The translations under genes were made by a program, and so were the position numbers. From positions 2,108,001 through 2,163,113 of the forward strand of contig ML978126.1 of assembly GCA_010015805.1 (NCBI GenBank): a stretch of DNA of 55,113 bases. The letters run 5' to 3'. Positions 35,418 to 48,717 of this stretch are shown piece by piece (the first letter of the stretch is position 1; each line of letters begins with the position of its first letter). The notes beneath the pieces are model-generated. The model did no database searches, was not told where the DNA came from, and worked only from the letters and a program-made list of their open reading frames with translations. The stretch comes from Rhizodiscina lignyota (Eukaryota).

Positions 35418-37323
35418 TCATATGGTCCCTCTCGATACTACGCGAATGCTTAATGGCTGCTTCATCCTTGCGAAAAAGAATGACCTTGACACAGGAACCT
35501 CGGGTCTCGACTCGGGATCAATGGTAAGCTCAACATCGAAGTAGAGCAACAGCGTCCCAACCAATTTTACAAGCTGTCATAGCTCCAGTCAGCACAAAGG
35601 ACATTTGAAGTATATTCAATCGAAGGGAAATGTGAACGGAGGAGAATCTTACCTCCATCATAGCGACGTTTTTGCCGATGCACTGGCGGACACCATGACC
35701 AAAAGGAATCCAGTACTTGCTCATCTCCTCCGGCGTCAATCCCTCCGAGCCGCTGATCCACCGATCTGGATTGAATATATCCGCATCCGGGCCAAAGTTT
35801 GAGGGATCCAGGTGCACGGGCAGGGCAGAGACTCCAACCGTGGTCTTTGCAGGGAAATACATTCCGGCGATAGTTCTCCCTCCCTCTGGCACGTACCTTG
35901 GCAAGTGGATTGTTGCAGGTGGCGTTAGTCGAAGGGACTCTTTGATGCAAGCTTGGAGATATGGGAGAATGGCGAGACCGGAATATGTCGGTGGAGACTT
36001 GTCTGCTTCATAGCTCCGATCTGGGAATCTGCTTCGAAGTTCTTCAGTCAAGCGTTTGTAAACGTCTGGTCGCCGAAGGATATGGTAAAAGGTATATGTC
36101 AAGGCTGAAGAAGTCGAATCGCTCCCTGCCACGCTGAACAGAGCGTCAGTATTTGCAAGGACAGACTTGGCGGGGAAGAGAGAAACTGTGCGTACATGCT
36201 GGAGAATGCTTCAGTGCGTAGATCAATCATATCCAATTTCTCTCCTGTCACAGGATCAATAGCTTCGATAAGGCGGCCCAGAAGATCTTTTCGGCCGGTA
36301 TCTTTCTCTTTGCGTCTCTCAACTCGTGATCTTGTCAGCTGTTCCAAAGTCAGTTGTCTCCGCGCTACTTCAATGCTAGATCAGGCATCACCTCTTTCAG
36401 TCTTTCACGCCCAGCCTGCAGGCTCTGAAGCCAGGGAATAGGCAGAAACGTCCATTTGGTATACGGAATAAGTTCGGGCATCATCCCAATCGTTGAGCCG
36501 AATTCAATCTGAATGCCAATGAGGCGAATATGCTCATCCTCCACACCACTCTCAAGCATCCCAAAGCCTTCGCTGAAAGCCTGAGTTTGAGTCAGCATAA
36601 CCAGCTCCGCGCTGCAAGAACAGGAGATCGAAGCTAACCAGTTCACCGATCACATCGAAAGCGAAGAAGTGACACCACTTTCCCAAATTCGTTTCCTCCC
36701 CGGATGCCGCAAAGCCTGCCATTTTTGATAGCAGGATCTGAAGCCGAGCCTGGACAAACTCTTCCATTGATTGGAGGGCATTCATGGAATAGCCGTGAGA
36801 CACAATCCGTTTTCGCTTCGCATGAGGAAATGGATCGCGCTGTCCGAATATCGTGGGACGAAATGCCGTGAATGCACTGGTTGGAAAGTTACTTTGAGCT
36901 CCGACATGGTCTTCATACATCATACTCGTAATATTTTGTCTGGGAAACGCATTAGCATACGAAAGAAGATGGAGAAGATTATGAATGCAATACTTTTAGA
37001 AAATCTCGTCCGTTTGTACTGCTGTATATCTCTCGAACCGCCGATCCATCAGAAATCATCACCTCCGAAGGCGCAATACGGACGATTGGTCCATATTTGC
37101 GATGCAGCTCCAGGATTCTCTCGTGGAAAGTCCCTTTGCTAATATAATAGAGTTTCCAAACAGGAGAAAGAGATGCCCAGAATGGACCTGGAACTTTTGA
37201 CAGTGGCGCAAAAGTTCTTTGATAGATCAAGTACGCCAGGCCCCAAGTGATGAGCAATACCACGGGAAGGCTCAGTAGCCACGGGAGCGGGATGTGAGAT
37301 AGACGCAAAGCATTTCCTTCCAT
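35418..37323 (-). CDS. Cytochrome P450 (benzoate 4-monooxygenase-like clan, substrate unknown)
   Basis: N-terminal TM + PLSKVPGP, LHRKYGPIVRIAP, I-helix AGSDST, K-helix ESLR, FNPDRW and heme FGHGVRQCIG. Seven exons can be joined in frame with GT-AG introns, including a 14-nt exon. Confidence 0.93.
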
Positions 37324-37442
37324 CTTTACACTTGAGGCTTGGATCAATGCATGAACTGCAAGATTTCCTTGAGCTCCCATGTATCTGTCCTTATACACCG
37401 TAGCATGGCATCTTGAAGGTTAAGGATCATCCCTCCTCGGGT

Positions 37443-37473
37443 CGGAGCCGAACCGAGTATCGTAACGGCTCCG
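37443..37473. promoter_or_regulatory. Inverted pair of CGG-N2-CCG sites upstream of the P450 (candidate Zn2Cys6 binding sites)
   Basis: CGGAGCCG at 37443-37450 and its exact reverse complement CGGCTCCG at 37466-37473, 120-150 bp upstream of the P450 ATG. Confidence 0.45.
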
Positions 37474-37560
37474 TTGCGTGATCAACACCCCGTGGGGTTC
37501 CCATCCCCATCATGCAGCTAGGTCCAAAACAACTGACTGCAGATTCTGCATCTCGGTTGT

Positions 37561-39909
37561 TCAAAGGGAGAGCTCGAGAGCTGACCAGTCCCATCCGGAA
37601 GGAAGCAAGTCGCGAGGTAAGCCCGTCCCGAAGAGCAGCCCATCGAGCTCAGAAAAGTCTACTGTAGTCACATCCTGTGCAAAGTCCGACGGTCGTGGTG
37701 ACCAAACAGTACTATCTCTCGCACCAGAAACCTGATCCTGGGCTGCAACTTCGGCGCATCCGTCTCTGTTCCCATTGTTGCGGGCTTCAGTTTGCAAAGG
37801 CTCCGCACTTACTCCCTTTCTGCGAAGATTCCTCAACATCTCCACGTATCGCGCAGCAAGAGCGCTGACACTACTCGCTGTCTCGAGAAACTCCATTCCA
37901 AGTTCCAAGACTTCGTCATCCCGACCGTACTCAAGTAAATTCCTCTTTGCAGGATCCATGAACTGGAGCGTAAGCAAGATTCCCATGGCAGTGAAGATAT
38001 CTGAAATGTAGTCAATATACACCCATAGCGTCTACGATCGCCATTCTTACAATGTAGGTTGTACCACAAAGAGTTCAGCAGGCCGCGACGAGATTCTGCA
38101 TGGATCTTACGTATTGTGTCGCATGCTGCCTTGATGCAACTGTTTGACGATGCTATGGCAACCGTTTGGTAGAAGGTGTCGGCGATTTCATGGCGGTGGA
38201 AGAAGAGCAATGATTGTCGATGCAGTAGAAGACGAATATTAAGAAAACTACAACTCCGTCAGATCTTTCAAGGATTACAATTCGCACAGTGCACTCACCG
38301 GATATAGATGACGTTGCGTTGTTGTTGATATTTCGAGCCGTCGATCGCATTGGACGGCCACTTGAGATGCGGAGAGACACCTTCCCACCATGCAAGTAGT
38401 TCACCATCCAGAAGAACCGCAGCAGAAAGCGTTCGAGAAACGATTGAAGCAGGAGAGGAAAAGCGGCCGGCGATCTGCTTGTCTCTGCCAACACCCCAAG
38501 GATTATACAGATCCGTCAACATAGTGTCGACAATGTGAGATAGTTTTATCGTCTGGTGGAAGAAATCCGTGATAGAGGGAGCACCTCTTGGCTGCCGAGG
38601 CAGAAACGAGTCGGCGGTGATGTACTGATCGTCAACGTTTATCGGCAGTTCGACTGTAGCACCCTCCGCACTTCGTATAGTCGGAGGTCGTCCAAGTTTC
38701 ATACTCAGCGTACGATCGATAACGAAACAGCCCCACCATATGCGCTTTCTCATCTCATTTTCAATTGCTGAGATGGAAGTGTCCTGCTTGTTCAGGTGAA
38801 GTCCAATGCTAAAGGCAGAGCGGATCATGAGTCCAACAAGATTCCAGCACTCGTTAAGATCCATTGCTCCCTGAAGAGTATGACACATCAGAAGCAGAGC
38901 TTGTACGATCTCAAGCGAGCCAGTGCCAAACATGACCTGATCCAGAAAATATCGCGCCCGGTTGCAGAAAATACTTGTTGTCTCTGAGAGTTCTGCTCTG
39001 GGGATCGTGCTACAAAATTCACAACCGAGTGTGAAGACCATATTCAGAAGTGCCAGCCACGATGGCTTCGAAGCTTGCGGCGATGATTGCTGCGACCACA
39101 GTCTTTCATAGGTAGATCGAAACGAAGGCTCGTGGATAAAGGGATAGAGGGGGTGGACATGATCGAAGTACGCATCGACCAGACTGTCGGCGTCGGAGCG
39201 TGAGGGCAACTCATAACGATCGGTAGTTGATCGTGGACTGATACCGAATCTTGAACTCGAACCTGGGGAAGATATTGAGACGAGTCGACGTTTTCTTCGA
39301 TGCTGATCCGAAGCCATGTCATTGTTTCGTGGTTGAATAGTCGAGACATATGCTATCGTAGAAGAGTCGCCGAAATAACCGTTGTGAGAAGTGGATGACA
39401 GAGTTGAGGTTTGCGATTCATTGCCGTCGTTCAGTAATGCCCCATCAGCCGGCACAGTGAGAACAGCGCCCTCAGTCGCCGAATGATGCTGAAAGCCATT
39501 CCTTCGGTCCCCATTGAAAGCATCATCAAGTAGAGCATGATCTACCGAAGCAGCGCTGTGTACATTCTCTGATATGTCGATGCCGCTTCTTGTATGTTCA
39601 GATGAACTGGCACGATCAACGTGTTGTGGAGTCCTTCGTTCTTCTTGCTGCCTCACATGGACGAGTGCTTCGAGCCTTGAACAGAGAGAAGACTGAGTTA
39701 ATATCTGAGAAGACGACATTTCAGAGAACATCTTACTCTTTCAGAGATAAATCAGTAGTAATCAACGCGTCGTAACCACACGTCAGTCCGCGAGCCCGGC
39801 AGGCTCCACAGCGCGGTTTGCCGCCATCACATCTGTTCTTTCGTTTTCGGCAATTTGTACATGCTCGACCAGATCCCAATCTTTGGGCCGATATGCGCTC
39901 TGCAGCCAT
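37561..39909 (-). CDS. Zn(II)2Cys6 transcription factor with Fungal_trans middle homology region
   Basis: First exon (missed by the ORF track) reads MAAERISAQRLGSGRACTNCRKRKNRCDGGKPRCGACRARGLTCGY. Later LVDAYFDHVHPLYPFIH, SLEIVQALLL, IGLH and RKRIWWGCFVIDR..KLGRP. Several introns. Confidence 0.92.
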
Positions 39910-40145
39910 ATGTAATGTGAAGGGTTAAATGTGATCGTCATCCAGCAAGACATGGGCGGCGAAATGCTGGGTGAATCCCGCGGACCGAGAATTTGGGAAT
40001 TGCGGGGAATCTGGGGAGTACATTGAATGTGCACGTTCACGCCGGGGATATAAATAAAATCGAAGTCTTATCACTGAGAATTTGTCGCAATCTGATTTCA
40101 AAAGAGGCTTTGATATATGTGGTAGTATTCATGTCATGCAAATGG

Positions 40146-41885
40146 TTAGATATCCTTGTGAAATTGTGGCTGTCCAAGCCTTTCCCTCCATCTCTCGCCC
40201 CGGAACATGAGCACCACAATGCCCACAGACGCCAAAACAGTAATCAATGCCATTGTAAGCCATGCCCATTCAATTCCAATGCGGTTGGCAAAGGGAAGTC
40301 TATAGAATTTGTTAGTCGCAATTGCATCATGCATTCTGGGAAGAGTTTACTTACGCGTAGAAGCCTAACGGGAATGCAAATATCTGCCTGCCAAAATTGT
40401 ACAAGGTACTCATTTCCGCAGATTGTGGCTTATAACAGTCACTGCAATATGCATAGCTGACGGTGGTCACGAGTTGGAGTCCGAAGCTCGAGATGGCCAT
40501 GCCCATGACTGGGCCCATCCAATGCGTCTTGTGCTGCAGGGTGACTCCGTAGATGATGATGCCGGCCGGACAGAGGAGCAGACTTCCAAGTGCGGCAACC
40601 AAACGGGCCTCAGGCTTCCTTTTGCCGTCATGCCTCTTTGCGTATCGGTACATGAACCAATCCGAGAATGGGCCGGAGAAGATCTCTCCGAGCGCCGATC
40701 CGAGGAGTAGCGGTAGTCCAAGCATCAGTCCGATAATGCCGGTCTTGAAATGATACGTCTTGGTGAAGAGGATCGCAACCGTGACGGCTGGCAGGATTGA
40801 CGCGTATGCAAACGAAACGATGTAGTAGATGCAGGTCAATGTGACGGAAGGGTACCGCAGCATCTCGAAAGGCCGGACGATATCGCGGATATGTACTCTT
40901 CTGCCTCTAAGAGCGTTCTTGCGGAAGCCAAAGAGCATTTGGAAATACGTACGTTCGCGGTGGAAACTCAGGGCCTCCTCAGAGCGTGCGAACAGCGTCT
41001 CTGGAAAGGCGAAGATCATGGTGACGAGGGCGGCGGAGTTGACTATTGCAGGAAACCAATAGCACCAGCGCACTCCAGCTGCCTGTGCAAGATATCCTCC
41101 AATGACCGGGGCAACGTGAGCGCCGTTGGTGAGGAAGACTGTGAAAACACCCATCGTAGTCCCCCTCTGATTTTAATTAGCCGGTATCAGTCAAGGAAGT
41201 CTCTGAATCATACCTCATGCAAGAAGAAGAGGTCGTTCACCGTTGCGGCTCCGAGGGACATGGCAGCGCCAACACCCAAGCCGCTGACAACTCTTGCAAA
41301 AATGAGGGTACCCCATGATTTTGCGACCGCACTGCCAATGGTACCAAGAATACCAATGACCGTTGAGCAGAGGTACACAGGACGCCGTCCGTACACGTTG
41401 GCAAGCGGAGTCCAGAACAATGGTGACACTCCGACGACAACAATGACCGTTGTTGTTTGATATGATGCACTTCCGACGGGGATCTTGAACAATTGCGCAA
41501 GTGGCACCAAAGCTGGATTGACGACGGAAGAGTTGAAAGGGCCCAGCATCGCAAGGAACGATGCTTGGAGCAGAACGGTGAATTTGAGCCATGTCGGCCA
41601 ATTCTGTGCGATGTATTAGCATCTCTTTTCTTCATTGGTCGATTGCAGGCTTGCCAGTGGGTCGTCTCTGAAGCTACTGGGCGCAGGTACTAAAGCGAGT
41701 CCATGTCTGTCGCGACGAACCTCCACCCCCTTTTGTTGCGCATCGGCTCCAGGTCCAGGGCTGAAAAGCTCAACGTGTGTGGTCTCCGTCTTTCCTTCCA
41801 TGATTTCGTCGTGACTGCGGAGACGTACATGATGTGAGGGTGGAAGATGCGACTCTTTAACCATGACCTTGTTCGAATGCCCCAT
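40146..41885 (-). CDS. MFS transporter (DHA1-like drug:H+ antiporter family)
   Basis: DDPL|NWP, ANVYGRRPVYL (motif A), DLFFLHE|RG, FPET, GPFSDW and KPEARL. Three introns, the first of them GC-AG. Confidence 0.92.
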
Positions 41886-43104
41886 TTCGGGGAGGAATCG
41901 TGCCGGAGGTGAGCCGCGGGTCGAGCCGCGAGGTGGATGGCGCGGTGCGGAGACTTCGGATGATTGCTTCCCTACTCTAACACTAAAGTTGAGCCATTCA
42001 AGAACCAATTAGTGATATACAAATGCGACCAAAAGAAGATGTGTGCTCAACCATTGCTATCAAAGGAGTGTGATATGGAGAGGATAAAAGATGTGCCAGA
42101 GGTTCAATGCCTTGATTCTCCAATGCTTCATAATCTTTCGCAGACCTAATGTTGTTCATAGACTCATGTCGCCTAACCATTCGCAAATGTCGAGAGAAAA
42201 GATGCCTCGCTTCAAATTCCAGATACCCAGAACCAAAATTGTAAACCCAAGTAATCTGTTAAGCTCAAAGAAGCCGTCTATCGACCATCTTCGCCAGCGA
42301 TCACTCAAACGCAATCCCCGCAAGGGTGCATTCCGCATTCTCCAATCCGCCTTGCAGTCGCTCATAGATGGCCTTCACTAAGTTTCCCTTCGGTAACTTG
42401 AAGATTTGTAGCCACGGATGATTGCGAGCCGGCTTCGAATCATGAAGACAATTCCTCTCAATAGCAATCCCCCTTGTGATCGTGTTCGCTCTGAGGGATT
42501 CTATCGAAGAGCTTTCGCGGCATCATGGCAGCCCAGTCCATGTCATTCTCTTTGAAATCTTTGAATCGGCGGCATACGTTGCAGAGCGGTGCATATTCCA
42601 CAGCCTTACCACACCGCTTCAGACTTAATCTTTGATATGTTCCCAGTCCGGGCGCAGGCGCATTGAGCAGAGTCTTGTAAGGATCAGGTAGACGTCTCGA
42701 CGCAGCAGAAGAGAACAATGTCGCGTACGTCTGGGCGCGCCGTTTCGACGTCTTTGGAGGCCATGCGCAGGCGGGAGGCGTCTTATTTCGCAGTGCGCAT
42801 CCACTCGCTAAGCTTGTCTACGCACTTCGGATCACAAGCTGTGCCACGTGGGTCTACGACGAATCGGGACAACAGGAGAGAGAGGACCGTAAAGCTACAT
42901 CAGTTGTCATTGCATGCCTTTACCGGTAGTGCGCGCAGGGTGTGTCTGTCCTTTTGCGGGGGTATGTCGATGAAAGAGGAATCATGCGGATGGTGTTCAA
43001 GAACATGTTCTTGAATTTCAGAACGAAGAAGTCGTAGATGCAGCGAGCCGGTCACAGAACAATCCATGGGAAGTCGCATCATACACGGCACATCGAGAGA
43101 GAAT

Positions 43105-44736
43105 TCATCGGCGAATGCGTCGGTCAAGCTGTTCGTTGCCGGCAGGACACGGACGCTCACCAACCCAAACGACATCCGAGAGAAATGCTCTTGCCTCGCT
43201 CCACCTGCTGACTTGAAGCATTGACGCAAGTTGAAGAATCCACAGTCTGAACCAGTCCTCTTGTTCCACTGTCGAGGCTTCAATTGATCCCATAATAATG
43301 AGCCAGAGGACAATGGCAGCATGTGACACGAGGCTGTTGTCAAAAGAGTGAAACGTGAGGTGCTGCGAGAGTACGGATTAAAGTCTTGTCAAATGGAGGC
43401 GGCTATGCTCATGGAAAGAGTTTGATCGTCTCTTGATCGAGGCAAGGCTGAGTAAAGCAGCAACGCGAACCGCTTCTTGAAAGGGGAATATAAGTCGTTT
43501 GGTCTTCTCCGACCGCGGCTGGATCATGAGGATGCGCCGAAGAGGCGGACTGATGGAAATGCCAGACATTTGATAGTCGAATGCATTCTCCCAAATTGTA
43601 AAATCTGTAGACAGCTCGTGATTCAAGGATTTGTCCATGGTAGAAAGGTCCTGTAGCACATCCGAGAGCCGCGTTTCGCAGTCAGGATCGCAGTCGGCAA
43701 AGGGTTGAGGGAGAGAGGAGTTGCTTAGGACAAATGACTCCACGGTATCGCAATGAGTTGGAGATATATCCAAAGGTATTTGTAGTCGCGGATCCACTTC
43801 GTGTCGCCTGTCGATGCTCGAAAGAAGTGTGCGAGCTTGCTCTGGGAGTTCTAGCTCGGGCCAGCCTCCAGCGAGCTTCACAACTTTCATAATCGCTTCG
43901 AGATGTGAATTCAACATCTCATAGTCGGCCAAGATATTCGCATAGCCTGCCAAAGCTAGAATGGACGAAATAATACCACCTGCATCGTGTCGGGCGAAAT
44001 TGCTCAAACGATTGTTGACAGAGCGGACAGCTAGGCGGTGGTAAACCAAGGACAATTGAGAGTACTCGTTATTTGACGGGTCCAGGGCACCAAGTCCAAG
44101 GCAGATGTTTGACAGAAGTTGGTAGAAGGCGCTTGCATCCGTAATTGTTGCAGGAAGCCAGAGTGTGCGGGATATACGCCAATTAATTCGGATGTCATTG
44201 GAAACTAGAGTAAAGAGTAAACAGATTGATCAAGAAGGGATCGAACGTCGGAGAGATTACCCACGGTGATCAATGAGAATATGCATCTGGAGATCCATAT
44301 CCAGAGGGTAGCGTATGAATGGATTGCGACGACCACATCCTGGATCAAGGTACGAGATCGAGAGCAGTGGGAAGGGGTCCTGCATTCCTAATAGACAGTC
44401 CGCCGGATCGCGAGCAAAACTCTGACAGCACTTTACAGTCCACGTGACTCTCGAACCCGTCTGTCGACAATGTCTCTGAGAATCGGAGTTCTCCTCGCTT
44501 GTGTCATCTGTAATGACTTCGCTAATAAAGAATCGTGAGACAGGGGAGCCAATTGCAATTACTGAAGCTGGTAGTGACGCGGAGTCCTGCAGATCCAAGG
44601 CATATCGCGGGACTTTGCCCTTACGCTGCCTCCATAGTCCAGCTTTCTGCATTGCCTGCTTTCGGATGATGTTGCGGGTTTTTGCATCGGATGGCTTTGC
44701 ATCTTTGCCATGGTTAATGTTGATGAATTGGAACAT
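43105..44736 (-). pseudogene. Fungal transcription-factor-like protein (FxFIN..RxxIRxxAM / GRxDPF type) with one premature TAA
   Basis: MFQFININ..TRNIIRKQAM and GRRNPF..YP, an intron near 44260-44210, then YHRLAVRSVNNRL, HLEAIMKVVKLAGG and LWLIIMG..WF..WSEARAFL..VVW. In-frame TAA at 43380-43378 (LTRL*SVL). Confidence 0.7.
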
Positions 44737-46531
44737 TGGCGTAGAGCAAAGGACCAGAGTCGGAACGAAATGATTTCCAAAACGTCGGTTAGTAGAAAGT
44801 GAGAGAACCTTGGAGTGTCCATAAGATATATGATCTCTGACTCTCTCACAAGCTAAGAGATTGGTCTTCGACATGGCATCCCGTGGTAGAAAACACTCAA
44901 GCTCTGTCAACCTTAAAGGCCCCAATTCACTGAGTCGCAGAGCACCGGTATTACGGCAGTTTCGAATAGGCATATCGGTCGTAGGCAACTGTTCGCACCC
45001 TGAGCTTGACTAAGCTGGTCATCGAGTATTGCCTCCACAACGCCATGAATTGATGTCGGCGACCAATTTCTTGAAGTGCTCGCAAGATCACCTGATCAGC
45101 CTTCCCTGATCAAGGTGGTGGTACCCAGGCCTGTACCTTGATGCGGTTACTTTGCCGACACGAAAAGCGACTCCTATCGCGTTAGCGAGATTTTTGAGAC
45201 GCCGCGCCCTGTCCTGTCCTTTTCGGGGACATTAGAAATTACAAAAGATGAAACGGAAATGGTAAAATGGATTGTGGCGCCCTTTGATCCCCAGAGACCG
45301 ATGTTCGTGCAGTGAACAAGCATTTCAAATTGATGACAAGCGCCAAACTTGCAGAACAACAGATCAATTGAAGAGATTACTTGGAGGAGAAAAATGGTTG
45401 TCTCTCGCAGGATAGTTTAGTCGATGGAAGATTGAACCTGGGGAAAAGGTATTCTGGATTTGTAATACTTGGCCGTAAGGTTTGGATGGACATCACAGGG
45501 TTCGAGACATTACATTGACATGACTGTCGATTGCTGTGCCCATTCTTCCGAAATGTAACGATCCAGTCGCATACACCATTGACGTCTGATGCGGCCGAAG
45601 ACTAGAGATGCGTCGATGAGCAGTTTCCGGCGCTCCCAAATCGCGCCCTACCACGAACAAGTATCTCGCCGGCGCCAAATTGTCGACTGTTCACCGCAGA
45701 GAGCCTCAGGATAACGTTTCAGCAGATGCGCGGTATCTTCTGCTGATTCTCGGACAGCAGAGCGATTGATTGGTGGACTCGGAATCCGTGAGAAATGATT
45801 CGTTATCCAAAGCTTGTCGCTATAAGACGTGTCTGATGTGGACCTGATCTGTGCTCTCAGCCACTTTGTATGTCCTCGCTCCACCTTTGCCTCTTGTGAT
45901 GACGATAGTGCGAGTGTTCCAGGTCAGGTTGCGAGATTTCATGTCAGTGCAGACAGGATGCATTGCTCAAGGGCGGTTGGGCAGGATCGTTCCGTCGAGG
46001 AGGTGAGTACTCAATACGCTTGGCGGGGTCACCAGTGAATGAGAAAGAGGGATGAGCGCGCGATGTTACAGAACACCTGCATATCCCCGTCACGGACTGA
46101 TGAGAGTGGATTCGAGAATGCGTGGGCGAAGAGGAGTGGGTGGGATAAGAGATCATGTCGGTCAGCAAGATGAACGCTTCAGCTCGGGCCATTCCGCTTT
46201 CGGTGCCAACACCAGACGGGTTGCTCGTTAATTCTCATCGCAAACTCCGTGTCTACTTCTTAACGGAGAGATGAGCTCATTAAATATCAATCCAGTTCTG
46301 TGGAAACAGCTCATTGCTGTCAAGCATTTATATCATCTTCATTGTACCAATGTAACCGGTAATTGGATACGACATGGATATGAGATTAAAATGTATTACA
46401 TCGTGCTCGCTTGTTTTATATCTCGACAAAGCTTACAAAAGGAACCATTAGAGGCAGAGTAGTGTACCCCGAATATCTCACATCTCGCAGACCTCAGACT
46501 TTCTAGGTCCAGCAACACCGTTCTCAAACGA

Positions 46532-47074
46532 TTAAGCCTCTCTTCCTCTTATTCTCCAAAGCACTGCACTCTGTTCCGCAATGATCTTCTTTGCCCTTCT
46601 TAATCTGGCCCGAAATATAATCAAAGCTAACAACTCGCCAATTGCTACCACACCCAGTATAGTTCCAAGGCTCGCCCCGAGAATGGCCGTACGCTGATTG
46701 CATTCCGAGAGGGCTTTCGGCGGATTCGAGACACAGCTCACATTGGCAGCTGCGGTGTACGTACAGATGCTGCTTCCGATTGGAAGCGAAGGGGCTGTTG
46801 TCGAAGATGCTGTCGTCGAAGATGCTGTCATCAAGGAGGTAGAGCGTGCCGACGAAATACTGCTTCGGGACGTCGTAATGGGTGTGGTGTGGGTGGAGGT
46901 TCTAGATGTCATTGATGCTGCATGATGAATGGTGCTGGTCCGTGATCGTGATATGCTTGTTCGCGATGAATGCGCGGTAACGTCAATGACAACAGTTGTT
47001 GTGGTTACTCCGACAGCTAGACAGCTAGGAAGATTAACTGCAACGAGTAGGAGAATGATAATGGCGTATGCCAT
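46532..47074 (-). CDS. Small Ser/Thr-rich single-pass (type I) membrane protein
   Basis: Signal-peptide-like MAYAIIILLLVAV, a Ser/Thr-rich ectodomain with TASST x2, three Cys, TM segment AILGASLGTILGVVAIGELLALIIF and basic stop-transfer RARLRRAKK. Confidence 0.65.
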   Translation of the reverse strand: MAYAIIILLLVAVNLPSCLAVGVTTTTVVIDVTAHSSRTSISRSRTSTIHHAASMTSRTSTHTTPITTSRSSISSARSTSLMTASSTTASSTTAPSLPIGSSICTYTAAANVSCVSNPPKALSECNQRTAILGASLGTILGVVAIGELLALIIFRARLRRAKKIIAEQSAVLWRIRGREA

Positions 47075-47793
47075 GAACCAAGTTGAAATGAAGAGTCGCA
47101 TCATGGGACAGGTCTGCCGAAGCAGTGACATGACTCTGTCAAGCAGGATGTCGAAAATCTCACGAAGTACATAGTGTATTCACCAAGAACGAAGCTGGAC
47201 ATCGTTTGCGGCACGCGTGCTGATTTCTTTGTTCGCGACAAGTGTGAAAGAATGGCTAAGGCCAGGCGACGCATTCCGCACCTGAAGTTCTGCAGCTCGG
47301 CGGTCGGGAAGTCTTCGGATGATTCGCGGCTCCATAAGAAGGACATATTTACTTTGGTGGTTACAGGGGATTTATATCATGGTTGAGTATCTTGAAAGGC
47401 TGCGATGAGCATTTTGCCACCCTCGAGGGGGCTCGCTGTAGCAATTGGAGATTTATGCAGATAGTTGCACGATTACGATAGTCATTTCGACGGCGATCAT
47501 CTCAATGCTGAACGTATGTACATGTCTCGAAGCTGTCATAGCGGTCGGAGTTATCTGCCCGTCCCATCTTGGACTTTGGGTGTCTCCAACTCTCTAATTC
47601 AGCTATTTCCAGCTGTCATCTACGAGACGGCCCTTCAGATAACCAGCGCCGAAGATATCTGCATGCTGATTCGAATGCGGACCATCTCCAATATTACTGG
47701 AGCGTTGATGCGATTCGGCATCATGAGTGGGCTGCTGTTGTCACTCGGAGAGTGCGTGAAAACTGTTGTTGAGCAGTTTGTCACCCCTCCGCT

Positions 47794-48717
47794 TCATCGC
47801 TTCCGTTTGAGTGTGCCGAGAGTTTCAAGCGCAGTTCGCAGCTTCGACACTTCGAGCGCACACTCTGTCGATTCTTGATCGCTCTCATGCTCATGGTAGT
47901 TGCACCATTCCCAGAAATCCTTGTACAACGGTCTTTTGGACGCCTTTACATGCGCGCTCTGCATGCAGAGAAAGTCCAGAGTGAAATCGGATGGGAGCTG
48001 ATCCCAAATTTCTCCAAGCCACTTCTTCCGGGTTGCCGTGTGCCAGTTGATGCTTGTCGCGTGTCGTTTCAGTAGATATCGACGTAATGTCGACTGGCTT
48101 GGTGTTGACAGAATCGCGCGCAGGAAGACGTTGTTATCCAAACCAGGATCGGGGTAAGGGTCGGATGCAATCTCCTCGTAGCGCCAGACGTCCATAATGT
48201 CGTTCCTGAGCTCCCGGATGTCGTATCGGTCGGCGAAAATGTAGAGGTTGAGCAGATTCTCTGCCGCAGCGGACGCGAGTGAGGACGGGCTTGGCATTGG
48301 TACGCCCTCGTCGTTTCCATTTGAATTCTGTGAATCAGGTGACGAATGCGTAGCTAGTGGAGCGGAAGTATGCTTCTTTAGGTTATCGACGAGCCTCAGG
48401 TTATGAAAGACCCAGTATTGACGTGTCAAGGGAGTGTTGTTTCCTTGGTCGTGAAGCCACTGCGCGACATAGCGGAACGTTTCCACGTTAGTGTCGTCCA
48501 GAACCAGCTCTCGCTTGCTCGCTTCTCGAAATTCACCATTAAAGGCATTGCGAAAGTACTCTGAGTGATGACATAGAACTTCTTTGTACAGATAGAATGG
48601 TTTCTTCTCCGAGCCAACTAAGACGGTGACTATGGTCAATTCATGTGTCCTGTGAAGCATGAGTGTTGCGCGTCCATGCTGACGGGAAGGAGACGTACAG
48701 AAATGATGGAGGAGCAT
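47794..48717 (-). CDS. BTB/POZ domain protein (fungal expanded type)
   Basis: IVTVLVG..FYLYKEVLCHHSEYFRNAFNGEFRE..LDD..TFRYVAQWLH and LLNLYIFADRYDIRELRNDIMD. The true 5' end may involve an intron. Confidence 0.88.
   Translation of the reverse strand: MLLHHFCTSPSRQHGRATLMLHRTHELTIVTVLVGSEKKPFYLYKEVLCHHSEYFRNAFNGEFREASKRELVLDDTNVETFRYVAQWLHDQGNNTPLTRQYWVFHNLRLVDNLKKHTSAPLATHSSPDSQNSNGNDEGVPMPSPSSLASAAAENLLNLYIFADRYDIRELRNDIMDVWRYEEIASDPYPDPGLDNNVFLRAILSTPSQSTLRRYLLKRHATSINWHTATRKKWLGEIWDQLPSDFTLDFLCMQSAHVKASKRPLYKDFWEWCNYHEHESDQESTECALEVSKLRTALETLGTLKRKR

Noticed and set aside
42150..43020. Short ORFs including a CxxC-containing fragment (42458-42718, -)
   Set aside because: Fragmentary, with no convincing start or splice structure and no family match.
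45000..46500. Gene-free 1.5-kb stretch as a possible ncRNA or mobile element
   Set aside because: No tRNA/rRNA pattern, terminal repeat or transposase motif seen.
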